This document shows, in pieces, positions 1 to 11,408 of a stretch of DNA of 64,000 nucleotides. Position 1 is the stretch's first letter. The number at the start of each line of letters is the position of its first letter. The translations under genes were made by a program, and so were the position numbers. Source of the DNA: Squalus acanthias (Eukaryota); assembly GCA_030390025.1 (NCBI GenBank), contig JASTWF010000034.1:1736001-1800000 (forward strand). Direction: 5' to 3'. Below the pieces are notes generated by a model. That model had not been told where the DNA came from and did not search any database. It saw only the letters and a program-made list of their open reading frames with translations.

Positions 1-3000
1 TCGTTCCCCTCAGTAACAGGTATACCGCTTTGGATACTGTTGAGGGGGACGACCTACCAGTGGTAAGCCACGGTGACCGGATCTCCGGCGCTGGGTCCGT
101 CCCTGTGGCTCAGAAGGGAAGGGGGGAGAGCAGGAGAGCAATAGTTATTGGGGACTCAATAGTCAGAGGGACAGATAGGAGGTTCTTTGGCAGCAAAAGA
201 GATGCACGGATGGTATGTTGCCTCCTGGTTTGCCAGGGTCCGTGACGTCTCGGACCGTGTTTTCAGAATCCTCAAGGGGGAGGGGGAACAATCACAAGTC
301 GTGGTACACATCGGTACCAATGACATAGGTAGGAGAAGGGACGGGGATTTAAAACAGGAATTTAGGGAGCTAGGTTGGAAGCTGAGAGCCAGTACAAACC
401 ATGTTGTAATTTCTGGTTTGTTGCCGGTGCCACGTGCTAGCGAGTTGAGGAACAGGGAGAGAGTGCAGATAAATACGTGGCTGCAGGGATGGTGTAGCGG
501 GGAGGGTTTCAGTTATGTGGATAATTGGAGCACATTCTGGGGAAGGTGGGACCTGTACAAACAGGACGGTTTGCACCTGAACCAGAGGGGCACCAATATC
601 CTGGGAGGGAAATTTGCGACGGCTCTTCGGGGGGGTTTAAACTAATTTGTCAGGGGGATGGGAAAAAGGGCTGTAGTCCAGGAGCCAGTGGTGAGTGTAG
701 GGAGGTACTGAGGAGGGTATCAAGGTCGCAGGAATGTACCGGCAGACAGGAAGATGGCTTGAAGTGTGTCTACTTCAATGCAAGGAGCATCCGGAATAAG
801 GTAGGAGAACTTGGAGCGTGGATTGGTACTTGGGACTACGATGTGGTGGCCATTACGGAGACATGGTTAGAACACGGACAGGAATGGTTGTTGGAAGTTC
901 CGGGGTATAGATGTTTCAGTAAGCGTAGGGAAGGTGATCAGAAAGGTGGAGGAGTAGCATTGTTAATCAAGGATAGTTTAACAGCGGCAGAAAGGCAGTT
1001 CGAGGGTATCTGCCGTCTGAGGTAATATGGGCTGAAGTTAGAAATAGGAAAGGAGGGGTCACGTTGTTAGGAGTTTTCTACAGGCCCCCAAATAGTAATA
1101 GAGATGTGGAGGAAGAAATTGCAAAGCAGATTATGAATAGGTGTGGAGGTGACAGAGTAGTTGTCATGGGTGACTTCAACTTTCCAAATATTGATTGGAA
1201 CCTTTATAGGTCAAACAGTTCGGATGGGATAGTTTTTGCACAGTGTGTGCAGGAGGGTTTCCTGACACAATATGTGGATAGGCCGACAAGAGGTAGGGCC
1301 ACATTGGATTTGGTACTGGGTAATGAACCGGGCCAAGTGTTTGATTTGTTTGTGGGAGAGCACTTTGGAGATAGCGACCACAATTCGGTGACTTTCACTA
1401 TTGCAATGGAGAGGGATAGGGCCATAAGGCAGGGCAGGGTTTATAATTGGGGGAGGGGTAATTATGATGCGATTAGGCAAGAATTAGGGAGCATAAGATG
1501 GGAACAGAAACTATCAGGGAAAGGCACAAACGAAAAGTGGAGCTTTTTCATGGAGCAATTACTGCGTGTCCTTGATAGGTATGTCCCTGTCAGGCAGGGA
1601 GGAAATGGCCGAGTGAGAGAACCATGGTTCACAAAAGAGGTTGAATGTCTAGTCAAGAGGAAAAAGGAAGCGTATGTAAGGATGAGAAAACAAGGTTCAG
1701 TTGGGTCGATTGAGGGGTACAAGGTAGCAAGAAATGAGCTAAAGAAAGAGCTTAGGAGAGCTAGGAGGGGGGCATGAGAAGTCCTTGGCGGGTCGGATCA
1801 ACAAAAACCCCAAGGCCTTTTACTCTTATGTGAAAAATAAAAGAATGACCAGGGTGAGGGTAGGGCCGGTCAAGGACAATAGTGGGAACTTGTGCATGGA
1901 GTCAGAAGAGATAGGAGAGGTGATGAATGAATACTTTTCGTCAGTGTTCACCGAGGAGAGGGGCCATGTTTTTGAGGATGAGAGTGTGATAAAGGTGGAT
2001 AGGCTGGAGGAGGTAGATGTACTGAGGGAAGATGTTTTAGCAATTTTGAAGAACCTGAGGGTCGATAAGTCCCCTGGGCCAGATGGGATATATCCTAGGA
2101 TTCTTTGGGAGGCAAGGGAGGAGATTGCAGAGCCTTTGGCTTCGATCTTTGGGTCCTCACTGTCCACGGGGATGGTGCCAGAGGACTGGAGAGTGGCGAA
2201 TGTTGTTCCTCTCTTCAAGAAAGGAAATAGGAATGACCCTGGTAATTATAGGCCGATTAGTCTTACTTCGGTGGTTGGTAAGATAATGGAAAAGGTCCCG
2301 AGGGATAGGATTTATGACCATTTGGAAAGAGGCAACTTAATCAGGGATAGTCAACACGGATTCGTGAAGGGTAAGTCTTGCCTAACAAATTTGATTGAAT
2401 TCTTTGAGGAGGTAACTAAGTGTGTAGATGAAGGTAGAGCAGTTGATGTCGTATACATGGATTTTAGTAAGGCGTTTGATAAGGTTCCCCATGGTCGGCT
2501 CATGAAGAAAGTAAGGAGTTGTGGGATAGAGGGAAATTTGGCCGATTGGATAAGTAACTGGCTATCTCATAGAAGGCAGAGGGTGGTGGTGGATGGAAAA
2601 TTTTCGGACTGGAGACCAGTTACCAGCGGTGTGCCACAGGGGTCGGTGCTGGGTCCTCTGCTGTTTGCGATTTTTATCAATGACTTGGAGGAGAGAACTG
2701 AAGGGTGGATCAGTAAATTTGCTGATGACACCAAGATTGATGGAGTAGTGGATGAGGTGGAGGGCTGTTGTAGGCTGCAAAGAGACATTGATAGGATGCA
2801 GAGCTGGGCCGAAAAATGGCAGATGGAATTTAACCCTGATAAGTGCGAGGTGATTCATTTTGGTAGGGCAAATTTGAATAAGGATTACAGGGTCAACGGC
2901 AGGGTTCTGAGGAACGTGGAGGAACAGAGGGATCTGGGGGTTCATATCCACAGACCTCTGAAGGTTGCCACTCAAGTGGATGGAGCAGTAAAGAAGGCCT

Positions 3001-3623
3001 ATAGTGTGTTAGCGTTTATTAACAAGGGGTTTGAGTTTAAGAACCGTGAGGTTATGCTACAACTGTACAGGACCTTGGTGAGACCACATTTGGAATATTG
3101 TGTGCAGTTCTGGTCACCCTACTATAGGAAGGACGTGGAAGCATTGGAAAGAGTGCAAAGGAGATTTGCCAGGATGCTGCCTGGTTTGGGGAGGAGGTCT
3201 TATGAGGAAAGATTGAGGGAGTTAGGGCTTTTCTCTTTAGAGCGGAGGAGGATGAGAGGCGACTTAATAGAGGTTTATAAGATGATGAGGGGGATAGATA
3301 GAGTAGATGTTCAGAGACTATTTCCTCGGGTGGAGGTAGCCGTTACAAGGGGGCATAACTATAAGGTGCATGGGGGGAGATATAGAAGGGATGTCCGAGA
3401 TAGATTCTTTACTCAGAGAGTCGTTGAGGTATGGAATGGACTGCCTGCTGTGATAGTGGAGTCGGACACTTTAAGAACTTTCAAGCGGTTATTGGATAAG
3501 CACATGGAGCACACCAGAATGATAGGGAGTGGGATAGCTTGATCTTGGTTTCGGACAATGCTCGGCACAACATCGAGGGCCGAAGGGCCTGTACTGTGCT
3601 GTACTGTTCTATGTTCTATGTTC
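1..3623 (+). mobile_element. CR1-clade LINE, near full-length (5' end outside window), a few frameshifts
   Basis: ORF1 SGNH esterase motifs (GDSIVR, HIGTND, DGLHLN; ORFs 30-245 and 187-645). APE endonuclease (NARSI, ITETW, GDFN, SDH; 525-1777). RT ORF 1785-3542 ([20 protein letters not shown]). 3' tail of TTCTATG repeats near 3607-3623. Confidence 0.97.
1785..3542 (+). CDS. Uninterrupted 585-aa RT-containing part of CR1 ORF2 (separated from the EN part by a frameshift near 1770)
   Basis: All RT motifs are in one frame. The upstream EN segments lie in other frames. Confidence 0.9.
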   Translation: MAGRINKNPKAFYSYVKNKRMTRVRVGPVKDNSGNLCMESEEIGEVMNEYFSSVFTEERGHVFEDESVIKVDRLEEVDVLREDVLAILKNLRVDKSPGPDGIYPRILWEAREEIAEPLASIFGSSLSTGMVPEDWRVANVVPLFKKGNRNDPGNYRPISLTSVVGKIMEKVPRDRIYDHLERGNLIRDSQHGFVKGKSCLTNLIEFFEEVTKCVDEGRAVDVVYMDFSKAFDKVPHGRLMKKVRSCGIEGNLADWISNWLSHRRQRVVVDGKFSDWRPVTSGVPQGSVLGPLLFAIFINDLEERTEGWISKFADDTKIDGVVDEVEGCCRLQRDIDRMQSWAEKWQMEFNPDKCEVIHFGRANLNKDYRVNGRVLRNVEEQRDLGVHIHRPLKVATQVDGAVKKAYSVLAFINKGFEFKNREVMLQLYRTLVRPHLEYCVQFWSPYYRKDVEALERVQRRFARMLPGLGRRSYEERLRELGLFSLERRRMRGDLIEVYKMMRGIDRVDVQRLFPRVEVAVTRGHNYKVHGGRYRRDVRDRFFTQRVVEVWNGLPAVIVESDTLRTFKRLLDKHMEHTRMIGSGIA

Positions 3624-3654
3624 AGACTAACAGAGAATCCAAGAAGGTCTAAGA

Positions 3655-3704
3655 TAGAAACAGAAAATGCTGGAAACACTCAGCAGGTCAGGCAGTATCC
3701 GTGG
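3655..3704 (-). mobile_element. Penelope-end-like repeat fragment, cut by the gap
   Basis: AACAGAAAATGCTGGAAACACTCAGCAGGTCAGGCAG is a close match to the copy at 11308-11408. Family assignment is from recall. Confidence 0.55.
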
Positions 3705-4204
3705 NNNNNNNNNNNNNNNNNNNNNNNNNNNNNNNNNNNNNNNNNNNNNNNNNNNNNNNNNNNNNNNNNNNNNNNNNNNNNNNNNNNNNNNNNNNNNNNN
3801 NNNNNNNNNNNNNNNNNNNNNNNNNNNNNNNNNNNNNNNNNNNNNNNNNNNNNNNNNNNNNNNNNNNNNNNNNNNNNNNNNNNNNNNNNNNNNNNNNNNN
3901 NNNNNNNNNNNNNNNNNNNNNNNNNNNNNNNNNNNNNNNNNNNNNNNNNNNNNNNNNNNNNNNNNNNNNNNNNNNNNNNNNNNNNNNNNNNNNNNNNNNN
4001 NNNNNNNNNNNNNNNNNNNNNNNNNNNNNNNNNNNNNNNNNNNNNNNNNNNNNNNNNNNNNNNNNNNNNNNNNNNNNNNNNNNNNNNNNNNNNNNNNNNN
4101 NNNNNNNNNNNNNNNNNNNNNNNNNNNNNNNNNNNNNNNNNNNNNNNNNNNNNNNNNNNNNNNNNNNNNNNNNNNNNNNNNNNNNNNNNNNNNNNNNNNN
4201 NNNN
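3705..4204. other. Assembly gap (500 N)
   Basis: Run of N. Confidence 1.
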
Positions 4205-5360
4205 AAAAGACGATAAAGTCCCCTGGACCAGATGGTCTGCATCCCAGGGTCTTAAAAGAAGTGGCTGCAGAGAGAATGGATGCATTGGTTGCAATATACC
4301 GAAAATTCCTGGACTCTGGAGAGGTCCCAGGGAATTGGAAAACCGCTAATGTAACACCCCTATTTAAGAAAGCAGGGAGACAGAAAGCAGGAAACTAAAA
4401 ACCAGTTAGCCTATCATCTGTCGTTGGGAAAATGCTGGATTCCTTCATTAAGGAAGCAGTAGTAGGTCATTTAGAAAAACATACTGCAGTCAAACAGAGT
4501 CAGCGTGGTTTTAGGAAAGGGAAATCATGTTTAACAAATTGGCTGGAGTTCTTTGAACATGTAACAGGCAGGGTGGACAAGGGTGAGCCAGTAGATGTGC
4601 TGAATTTGTATTTCCAGAAGGCATTCGATAAGGTGCCACATAAAAGTTTATTGCATAAGATAAGAGCTCACGGAGTTGGGTGTAATATATCAGCATGGAT
4701 AGAGAATTGGCTAACTGACAGAAAGCAGAGAGTCGGGATAAATGGGTCATTTTCTGGTTGGCAAACGGTAACTAGTGGGGTGCCACAAGGATCGGTGCTG
4801 GGGCCCAACTATTTACAATCTGCATTAATGACCTGGATGAAGGGATCGAGTGTAATGTAGCCAAGTTTGCGGATCATACAAAGATAGGTGGGAAAGCAAG
4901 TTGTGCAGAGGACTCAAGGAATCTGCAAAGGGATATAGACAGGATGGTGAGTGGGCAAACATTTTGTTCTTAAAAATTCACATCCATTTTGCTCAGTATT
5001 TATTTCTCACTTTTTTTTTGTTCTTTTCGTGCTTTTTGTCAGAAGCGTTTCACTGTAGTTATTTATTAGAAGGAAGAAATGACCAGATGTGATTTACTGG
5101 AATGGTACCAGGGATGAGGGATTTCAGAATGTGGTGGACTGGAGAAGCTGGGGTTGTTCTCCTTACAGCAGAGGTTTTGACAGAGGTGTTTAAATACATG
5201 AACGGGTTTGATATCGTAAATGAGGAGAACCATTTTTTCAGTGGTTAAAGTGTCGGTGACCAGAGGACACACATGGAAGGTGATTGGCAGAAGAATCCGA
5301 GGCGACATTAGGAACCATTCCATTTAAACTGCGAGTTGTTGGGATCTGGAATGCACTGCC
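4205..5360 (+). mobile_element. Degraded CR1 ORF2 (RT) fragment
   Basis: KSPGPDGLHPRVLKE, KAFDKVPH and [11 protein letters not shown] with stops and frameshifts. A 3' part resumes after ~5070. Confidence 0.92.
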
Positions 5361-5874
5361 TCAATTCACAATTAAACAGATGCGTCCCAATAAATGAATA
5401 ATTAATTCAGATATATCTACAGACACTTGTAACTTGCAGAGATAATAAACATTTACATCGAACACAAGTCAGGAATACATTTGTATCTGGCGGGAATGCA
5501 TCCAGGATATTTAGAGCTCTCACAGCTGCTGGGTGGAGCGTTCCTTGGTGGGCCAGGGGTTGGACTTCGGTGCAACCAGAGCACGGGGTTGATTTTCGAT
5601 CTGATTTTTGTAAAACAGTTGTGCAGTTTATGAAATCAATTACACGAACATATAATTAAAGGCAATATCACGATGAATAACTGTTTTAATCGGCATTACT
5701 AAACCGATAACTTTCTGTTTCAGACTGGAGGAAATGTTAATATGTTGGCCGAATGACAGTCAGACTTTAATATGTATTTGTGATGAGCCTTTATCCGTTC
5801 CCATCCCAAAGGATTTCAAACGAGACGCAGCCAGCCTCTGTGGGATCATAAGAGAATATTTTGTTCTTTAAAAA

Positions 5875-5947
5875 TGCCACGCTGGGAATCGAAGCCAGGC
5901 TCTCCTGTATACGAAACAGGCTCGTTGACCAGTTGAGCCACGGAGCC
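5875..5947 (-). tRNA. tRNA-Thr(CGT)-like gene, probably a pseudogene
   Basis: Minus strand reads GGCTCCGTGGCTCAACTGGTCAACGAGCCTGT-TTCGTAT-ACAGGAGAGCCTGGCTTCGATTCCCAGCGTGGCA followed by TTTTT. The anticodon stem CCTGT/ACAGG is intact and A/B-box-like motifs are present, but the acceptor, D and T stems have mismatches. Confidence 0.75.
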
Positions 5948-6518
5948 AACTCACGGCTGAGATTTCTCTGCTCCCCTCACTGATATCTGGTACCTGTGGT
6001 ATCGCGTTCCACATTCCAACCACTCTTTGCATAAAAAACGTTTTTCCTGAACTCCCGACTGGATTTATTATTGAGGATCTTATATCATGACATCTAGTTT
6101 TACTTAGTGTGACACAAGAGGACTGACGGCTGATGTTGTATAAAACCCACTGTCAAAGACCAACACTCCGTACATGCACACCTGAGGTTGAATAATAGTG
6201 GGGACACTGGTGCAGATTTTTGAATTGAGGGGGCACTGGTTGGATTTATATGATAGAGTGGAGCAGTACTTGCCGTTATGTGGTAGTGAGGTGGGAAATA
6301 TTTTGGTGAATTTGTCTGGAGCTGATTTTTCGGCCCAGTTGATTTGCTCCTTCCAGAAAACCAACCCGCCCTCCATCGACGGTAGGTTTTCACTTCCATC
6401 AGCTCATCTCCAAAACCCAGCTTTAAACAGCAATAAAAACACTGGAACCACACGGCGGGTTATTCAACATCTGTGGAGACAACAGACACGTTTATTTTAG
6501 GGGTTTGGACCATTTTTT

Positions 6519-6584
6519 CACGGACCACCTGCAGAACTCTCGCGGACCACTGGTGGTCCGCGGACCACAGGTTGGGAACCACTG
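6519..6584. mobile_element. Terminal fragment of a hAT (Charlie-like) DNA transposon or MITE
   Basis: Ends ...GGTTGGGAACCACTG (reverse complement CAGTGGTTCCCAACC, a hAT-type TIR), with subterminal palindromic GGACCAC/GTGGTCC repeats. Confidence 0.65.
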
Positions 6585-6848
6585 CTCTACACTGTCCCAT
6601 CAAACACTCCCGGGGCAGGTACAGCACGTTTTAGATACAGAGTAAAGATCGTTCTACACTGTCACATCAAACACTCCCAGGGCAGGTACAGCACGGGTTA
6701 GATACAGAGTAAAGCTCCCTTTGCATTGTCCCATCAAACTCTCCAAGGCCAGGTACAGCACGGGTAAAATACAGAATAAAGCTATCTCTACACTGTCCCA
6801 TCAAACTTTCCCAGGGCAGGTACAGCATGGGTTAGATACAGAGTAAAT
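6585..6848 (+). repeat. 67-bp minisatellite, ~4 units
   Basis: Unit CTCTACACTGTCCCATCAAACACTCCCAGGGCAGGTACAGCACGGGTTAGATACAGAGTAAAGCTCC. Confidence 0.95.
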
Positions 6849-6850
6849 TT

Positions 6851-8168
6851 CATAGAATCATAGAAGATAGGAGCAGGATTAGGCCATTCGGCCCCTCGAG
6901 CCATTCAATGAGATCATGGCTGATCATCCAAATTCAGTAATCTGTCCCTGCCTTCTCCCCATATCCCTTGATCCCTTTAACCTTAAGAAATATATCTAAC
7001 TCCTTCTTGAATATATTTAATGAGTTGGCCTCAACTGCCTTCTGTGGTAGAGAAATCCACAGGTTCACCACTCTCTGGGTGAAGAAATTCCTCCTCATCT
7101 CTGTCCTAAATGGCTTACCCCTTATCCTTAGACTGTGACCCCTGGTTCTGGACTCCCCGGCCATCGGGAACATCCTTCCTGCATCTAGTCTGTCTACTCC
7201 TGTTAGAATTTTATAAGGTTCAATGAGATCCCCTCTCATTCTTCTAAACTCCAGCGAGTATAATCCCAATCGAACTAATCTCTCCTCATACGTCATTCCT
7301 GCCATCCCAGGTATCAGTCTGGTGAATCGTCGCTGCACTCCCTCCATGGCAAGAACATCCTTCCTCAGATAAGGCGACCAAAACTGTACACAATACTCAA
7401 GATGTGGTCTCACCAATGCTCTGTACAACTGCAGCAAGACATCCTTTGTCCTGTACTCGAACCCTCTCGCTACGAAGGCCAACATACCATTTGCCTTCTT
7501 AACCGCCTGCTGCACCTGCATGCTTACCTTCAGCGACTGGTGCACAAGGACACCCAGGTCTCGTTGCACTTCCCCTTCTCCCAATCTATTGCCGTTCAGA
7601 TAATAATCTGCCTTCCTGTTTTTGCCACCAAAGTGGATAACCTCGCATTTATCCACGTTATATTGCATCTGCCATGCTTCTGCCCAATCACCCAACCTGT
7701 CCAAATCATCCTGGAGTTTCTCGGTATCCTCCTCACAGCACACACGCCCACCCAGCTTTGTGTCATCTGCAAACTTGGAGATATTACATCTAGTTCCCTC
7801 CTCTAGATCATTAATACATATTGTGAATAGCTGGGGTCTAAGGACTGATCACTGCGGTACCCCACTAGTCACTGCCTGCCACTCGGAAAAAGACCCGTTT
7901 ATTCCAACTGTTTGCTTCCTGCCTGCCAGCCAGTTCTCTATCCAACTCAGTACCTTACCCCCAATCCCATGTGCCTTAACTTTACATGCTAATCTCTTAT
8001 GCGGGACCTTATCGAAAGCCTTCTGAAAGTCCAAATACACCACATCCACTGGTTCTCCCTTATCTATTTTACCAGTTACATCCTCAAAAAATTCCAGCAG
8101 ATTAGTCAAGCACGATTTACCTTTTGTAAATCCATGTTGACTTTGACCGATCCTGTCACTGTTTTCCA
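6851..8168 (-). mobile_element. 5'-truncated CR1 LINE (RT and 3' UTR)
   Basis: ORFs 6934-7743 and 7849-8169 encode the RT C-terminus. CATAGAAT tail at the left end. Same family as the element at 34246-37160. Confidence 0.95.
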
Positions 8169-8188
8169 CCCAAGTGGCTACCCTTGTG

Positions 8189-8925
8189 AATTATACTTGT
8201 GTACGAAAGACTGATGTTTGGATGTTTTTAGTAATAACTTGTATAAGTGTGCGTGTAGAATAGTGAACTTCACATTAACCAAATATCTATATTCAGTGTG
8301 ACCTGTAATGACTTTTGCATACATTGCTAAGGCTTGCTCAAAATGTAACTGCAAAGACAGCCAGGACTAGTCAAGACTAGCTCTGATAACGGACAGTATC
8401 GCAGCTTACGCAGTTTATGATGCTTTGTACTGCCTGTACCAGGGAAGCTAGAAATGAGAGAGATAATGCCAATTCCAATGGGGTGAAGAACTATAAACAA
8501 GATGACGATGAACAGGAAAAAGTTGTCGGAAAAATACTGGAAAGGCGGGGCCAAGATGCTAAACTACGCCTGAGTGACAATGGTGCTTGATCATTAGAAC
8601 CTATTAAAATAGGTGATTTTGTTAAAGGCCATATATGGACAATGCCCGCATGAACTTTTGATAAGATATGGGTTAAAAACCTTGATACTCGAAGAACAAT
8701 TTTACACAGACCTACTGCAAGAACAAAGGAACAGACTGAAGATGACGTCACTTGTGTCCGAGAGGTTCCAGAGTCCAAGGGCTGCGAGCTACTCGTTAAA
8801 TTATCGCCTGCTCTTCAGTCTATTACGCTGTAAGCTTAATAAATCTTGATCTATTGATCAAACACACTGGCTGCTGCCTATTGGTGTCTTGTCCAAGAAC
8901 TCTCAGAGATCATGAAGATCTTAAA
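8189..8925 (+). mobile_element. Candidate solo-LTR-like insertion
   Basis: Non-coding ~740 bp flanked by CTTGTG on both sides (8183-8188 and 8926-8931). TGACGTCA at 8743 and AATAAA at 8838. Clean TG..CA termini are not seen. Confidence 0.3.
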
Positions 8926-8966
8926 CTTGTGTGTCATCTTTCTCTTCTGCATGCATCTACACGGTG

Positions 8967-10560
8967 CTAGCCCTGTGGCTTCAGCAGAGGTAGAGGCAGC
9001 CTGCTCTCTTCCCTGCTGCCAAGGAGGTGGAGAGCAGCTTGCTGCACAGAAGTGAGGCCATGAGGACCCACGTCTATGCTGACATCCCTCCTAGAGAGGA
9101 GGTCTATGAGCCTCTGCCATCTATTCTCTATACATAGCCATCTATCCTCCATAAAGACCATGTGTTCCTCCGAGTGGAACATTAGCTGCTCCATGTAGCT
9201 GTCCATCCTATCCATGGAGGAGCCTACAGTCACCACCGTCTGTGACATGGTGGTGATCATGTTGGAGATGGGCTCCTCCATCTCTGAACATTGGCAGACA
9301 TCGCGCTCGCAAAACCTGTCAGAGCCCCCTGCACTTCTTGCTGCACCTCCAGGATCGCCCTCTTTCTAGATGGCCCCCGAGGCTCAGCGTCTGCATGCAG
9401 CTGAGCGGAGCTGGGTTCGTCCTGCACCCTCCGGCAAGGAGTCTCCACTTCTCTCCCTCTCTCCAACATCTGTTCTTGCATAATTGTGAGTTGTGAGACA
9501 CCAGGTGACAACACTACTCTGTGTCGTGTGGGACCCACTGAGGTGTGCGTATCTGCCCTTCTGCTGGGTGCGCTTATGTCTGGTGATGTTGCACCCTCAG
9601 AGGGTGGAGGCTCGTCTGAGGAGTCGTCTTCCTCTTCCTCCTGGACAGTGGAGGGTGGGGGGAGCTCTTGATGCACCATTGGGAGAGTGAAGATATGAGT
9701 TAGATATGTCATGTTAAGAATGGGTACAGATACCATTATGCACATAGTGACCATTCAGTGACATCATTGCCCATATGAGTGACTGAAGTATGCCATGTAA
9801 TTCTGTCACCAGGTTGCTGAGATGTCCCCCTCGCTCCATCTCCCACCTCCAGCTGCTCGGCGACTCCAGATATTTCTAAAGCAGCCTCCTCTGCTGTTGT
9901 AAGGGTTGCAAATGATGGAATGCCACCGCCGGTTATCCTCTTCTCCGGCTTATTTTGGGCTCTCTTTTCCTGCAAGGAGGGAAAGAAGAGAAGGTTGGTT
10001 AAGCGCGATGGAATGAATGTAAGGAATGGATGTGGTATATATTTAGAGGGTGACTATGATGGAGTGGGGTGCCAAAAACAAGTGGCCTCCTTGTGTGTTG
10101 TTCGTTGGTATGATTGCACTAGGATGAGGGTGAGTGTGAGGGAAGGCTAGTGAGATGGGGATGTGAAAATGTAAATAGAAAGAGAGGGATGGGTGGACGT
10201 GCAAGGTATGTTGGTGTGAGTAAGAATGTGCAGGGGTAGGGTTGGGAAGGCAGAGTGATGGGTGTGTGATGAGAGGCACAGCAAGATGAAGGTGAGTGTA
10301 GCTTTGTACTCACGTTTCCTGATCTAATGAGGTCATTGAAACATTTGCAGCACTGCACCCAGGTCATCCTGACAACATCCCTGCTGGTGACCCCCTCTGT
10401 AATCTCCAACCAGGCTGATTTGGTGTCCTGGGGAGGTCTCTTCCGTCCATTGGAAAAGAAGATGACCATCCTGAATGCTTTGACTCCCTTCATAAACATA
10501 TGGAGGGAGCAATCGGATACCTGGGTGCAGCCCTCTGCCTCTGTGCAGTCATTGTTAGTG
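8967..10560 (-). pseudogene. Spliced Myb/SANT-like DNA-binding protein gene of a PIF/Harbinger-type transposon, frameshifted
   Basis: Exon 1 ...SAWLEITEGVTSRDVVRMTWVQCCKCFNDLIRSGN ends at 10314 with donor GTGAGT. A polypyrimidine tract and TTGCAG acceptor open exon 2 at 9969 (EKRAQNKPEKRITGGG..., phase 0). A low-complexity acidic exon follows below ~9667. Frameshifts near 10518 and 9285. Confidence 0.8.
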
Positions 10561-10844
10561 TTTGCAGCACTCCAATACTTTTCGTGCACTGACAGCATTA
10601 TGTTACACTGACATTCAAGTCCAATGTGGCCATGGCCCCTTTAAAGATCCCGGCTGAAAACGCGTCATCGATGTCGTCAACAGACCAGACCCGTCTAAGT
10701 GTTCCGGGTAATGCACTGGGCGGGCTCATTAGGCCCCATTAAGGAAACGTCGTTTTCAGCAGCGGGCTGGAGCCAGAAGCCGGGTCACGGCCCGCCATGG
10801 CGACCTCCCGCACCGGACCTGCCCAGGTAGGAACAATTCCGGCC

Positions 10845-11262
10845 GTGGTTTTTCCGGTTTTGAGGAGTCCGTGGGCCATATTTATTTTCAGTGTGAGAGG
10901 CTGCAGCCTCTGTATCGTTACTTGAAGTTGCAGCTCCTCAGCTATTGGTTATATTTTAGCCCCAGGCTCCTAATAATTGGCCGCCTGGTGCAGAGTCGGG
11001 TGAGTAAGGCGGCGGATCTTCTCCTGGACCTGCTCTTGGACTTGGGTGAAACAGCAATTTGTAGGTTCAGGGTGGGCGGGGCCCATGGGGTGCGAGGGTG
11101 TCACTGGGTTCCTGCCTCTCTTCCGCGGTCTTGTCCGTGCCCAGGTGGCCCTGGAGAGGGTGCATGCGGTGTCCACTGGTACGTACGATACCTTCCGCGA
11201 TCGGAGGGCACCGCTGGTCAGTGAGGTGATAATCTACCCTCACAACCACGTTGTGATTTAAT
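10845..11262 (+). mobile_element. 3' fragment of a Tx1/L1-clade LINE ORF2
   Basis: ESVGHIYFQCERLQPL (zf-RVT H..C end), YFSPRLLIIG, then LPLFRGLVRAQVALERVHAVSTGT...FRDR in a shifted frame. Confidence 0.75.
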
Positions 11263-11307
11263 TATTGTTTGTATGTGTGGCTGTGTTGTACATACTTATT
11301 ACTGGAA

Positions 11308-11408
11308 TAACAACAGAACATGCTGAAAACACTCAACAGGTCAGGCAGCATCGAGGAGAGAGAAACAGAGTCAGCGTTTTGGTTCGAGGGCCCTTCGTCA
11401 GAACTGTT
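11308..11408 (-). mobile_element. Penelope-end-like remnant with a decayed minimal hammerhead-like motif
   Basis: Minus strand reads CAGTT-CTGACGA-AGGGCCCTCGAACC-AAAAC-GCT-GACTCTG...GATGCTGCCTGACCTG. Confidence 0.55.

Noticed and set aside
187..645. SGNH/GDSL esterase as a captured host or horizontally transferred gene (also at 56368, 59272 and 63165)
   Set aside because: An esterase domain in ORF1 is an established feature of CR1-clade LINEs, and each copy sits in the ORF1 position.
3558..4398. ORFs spanning the N run
   Set aside because: Artefacts of the assembly gap.
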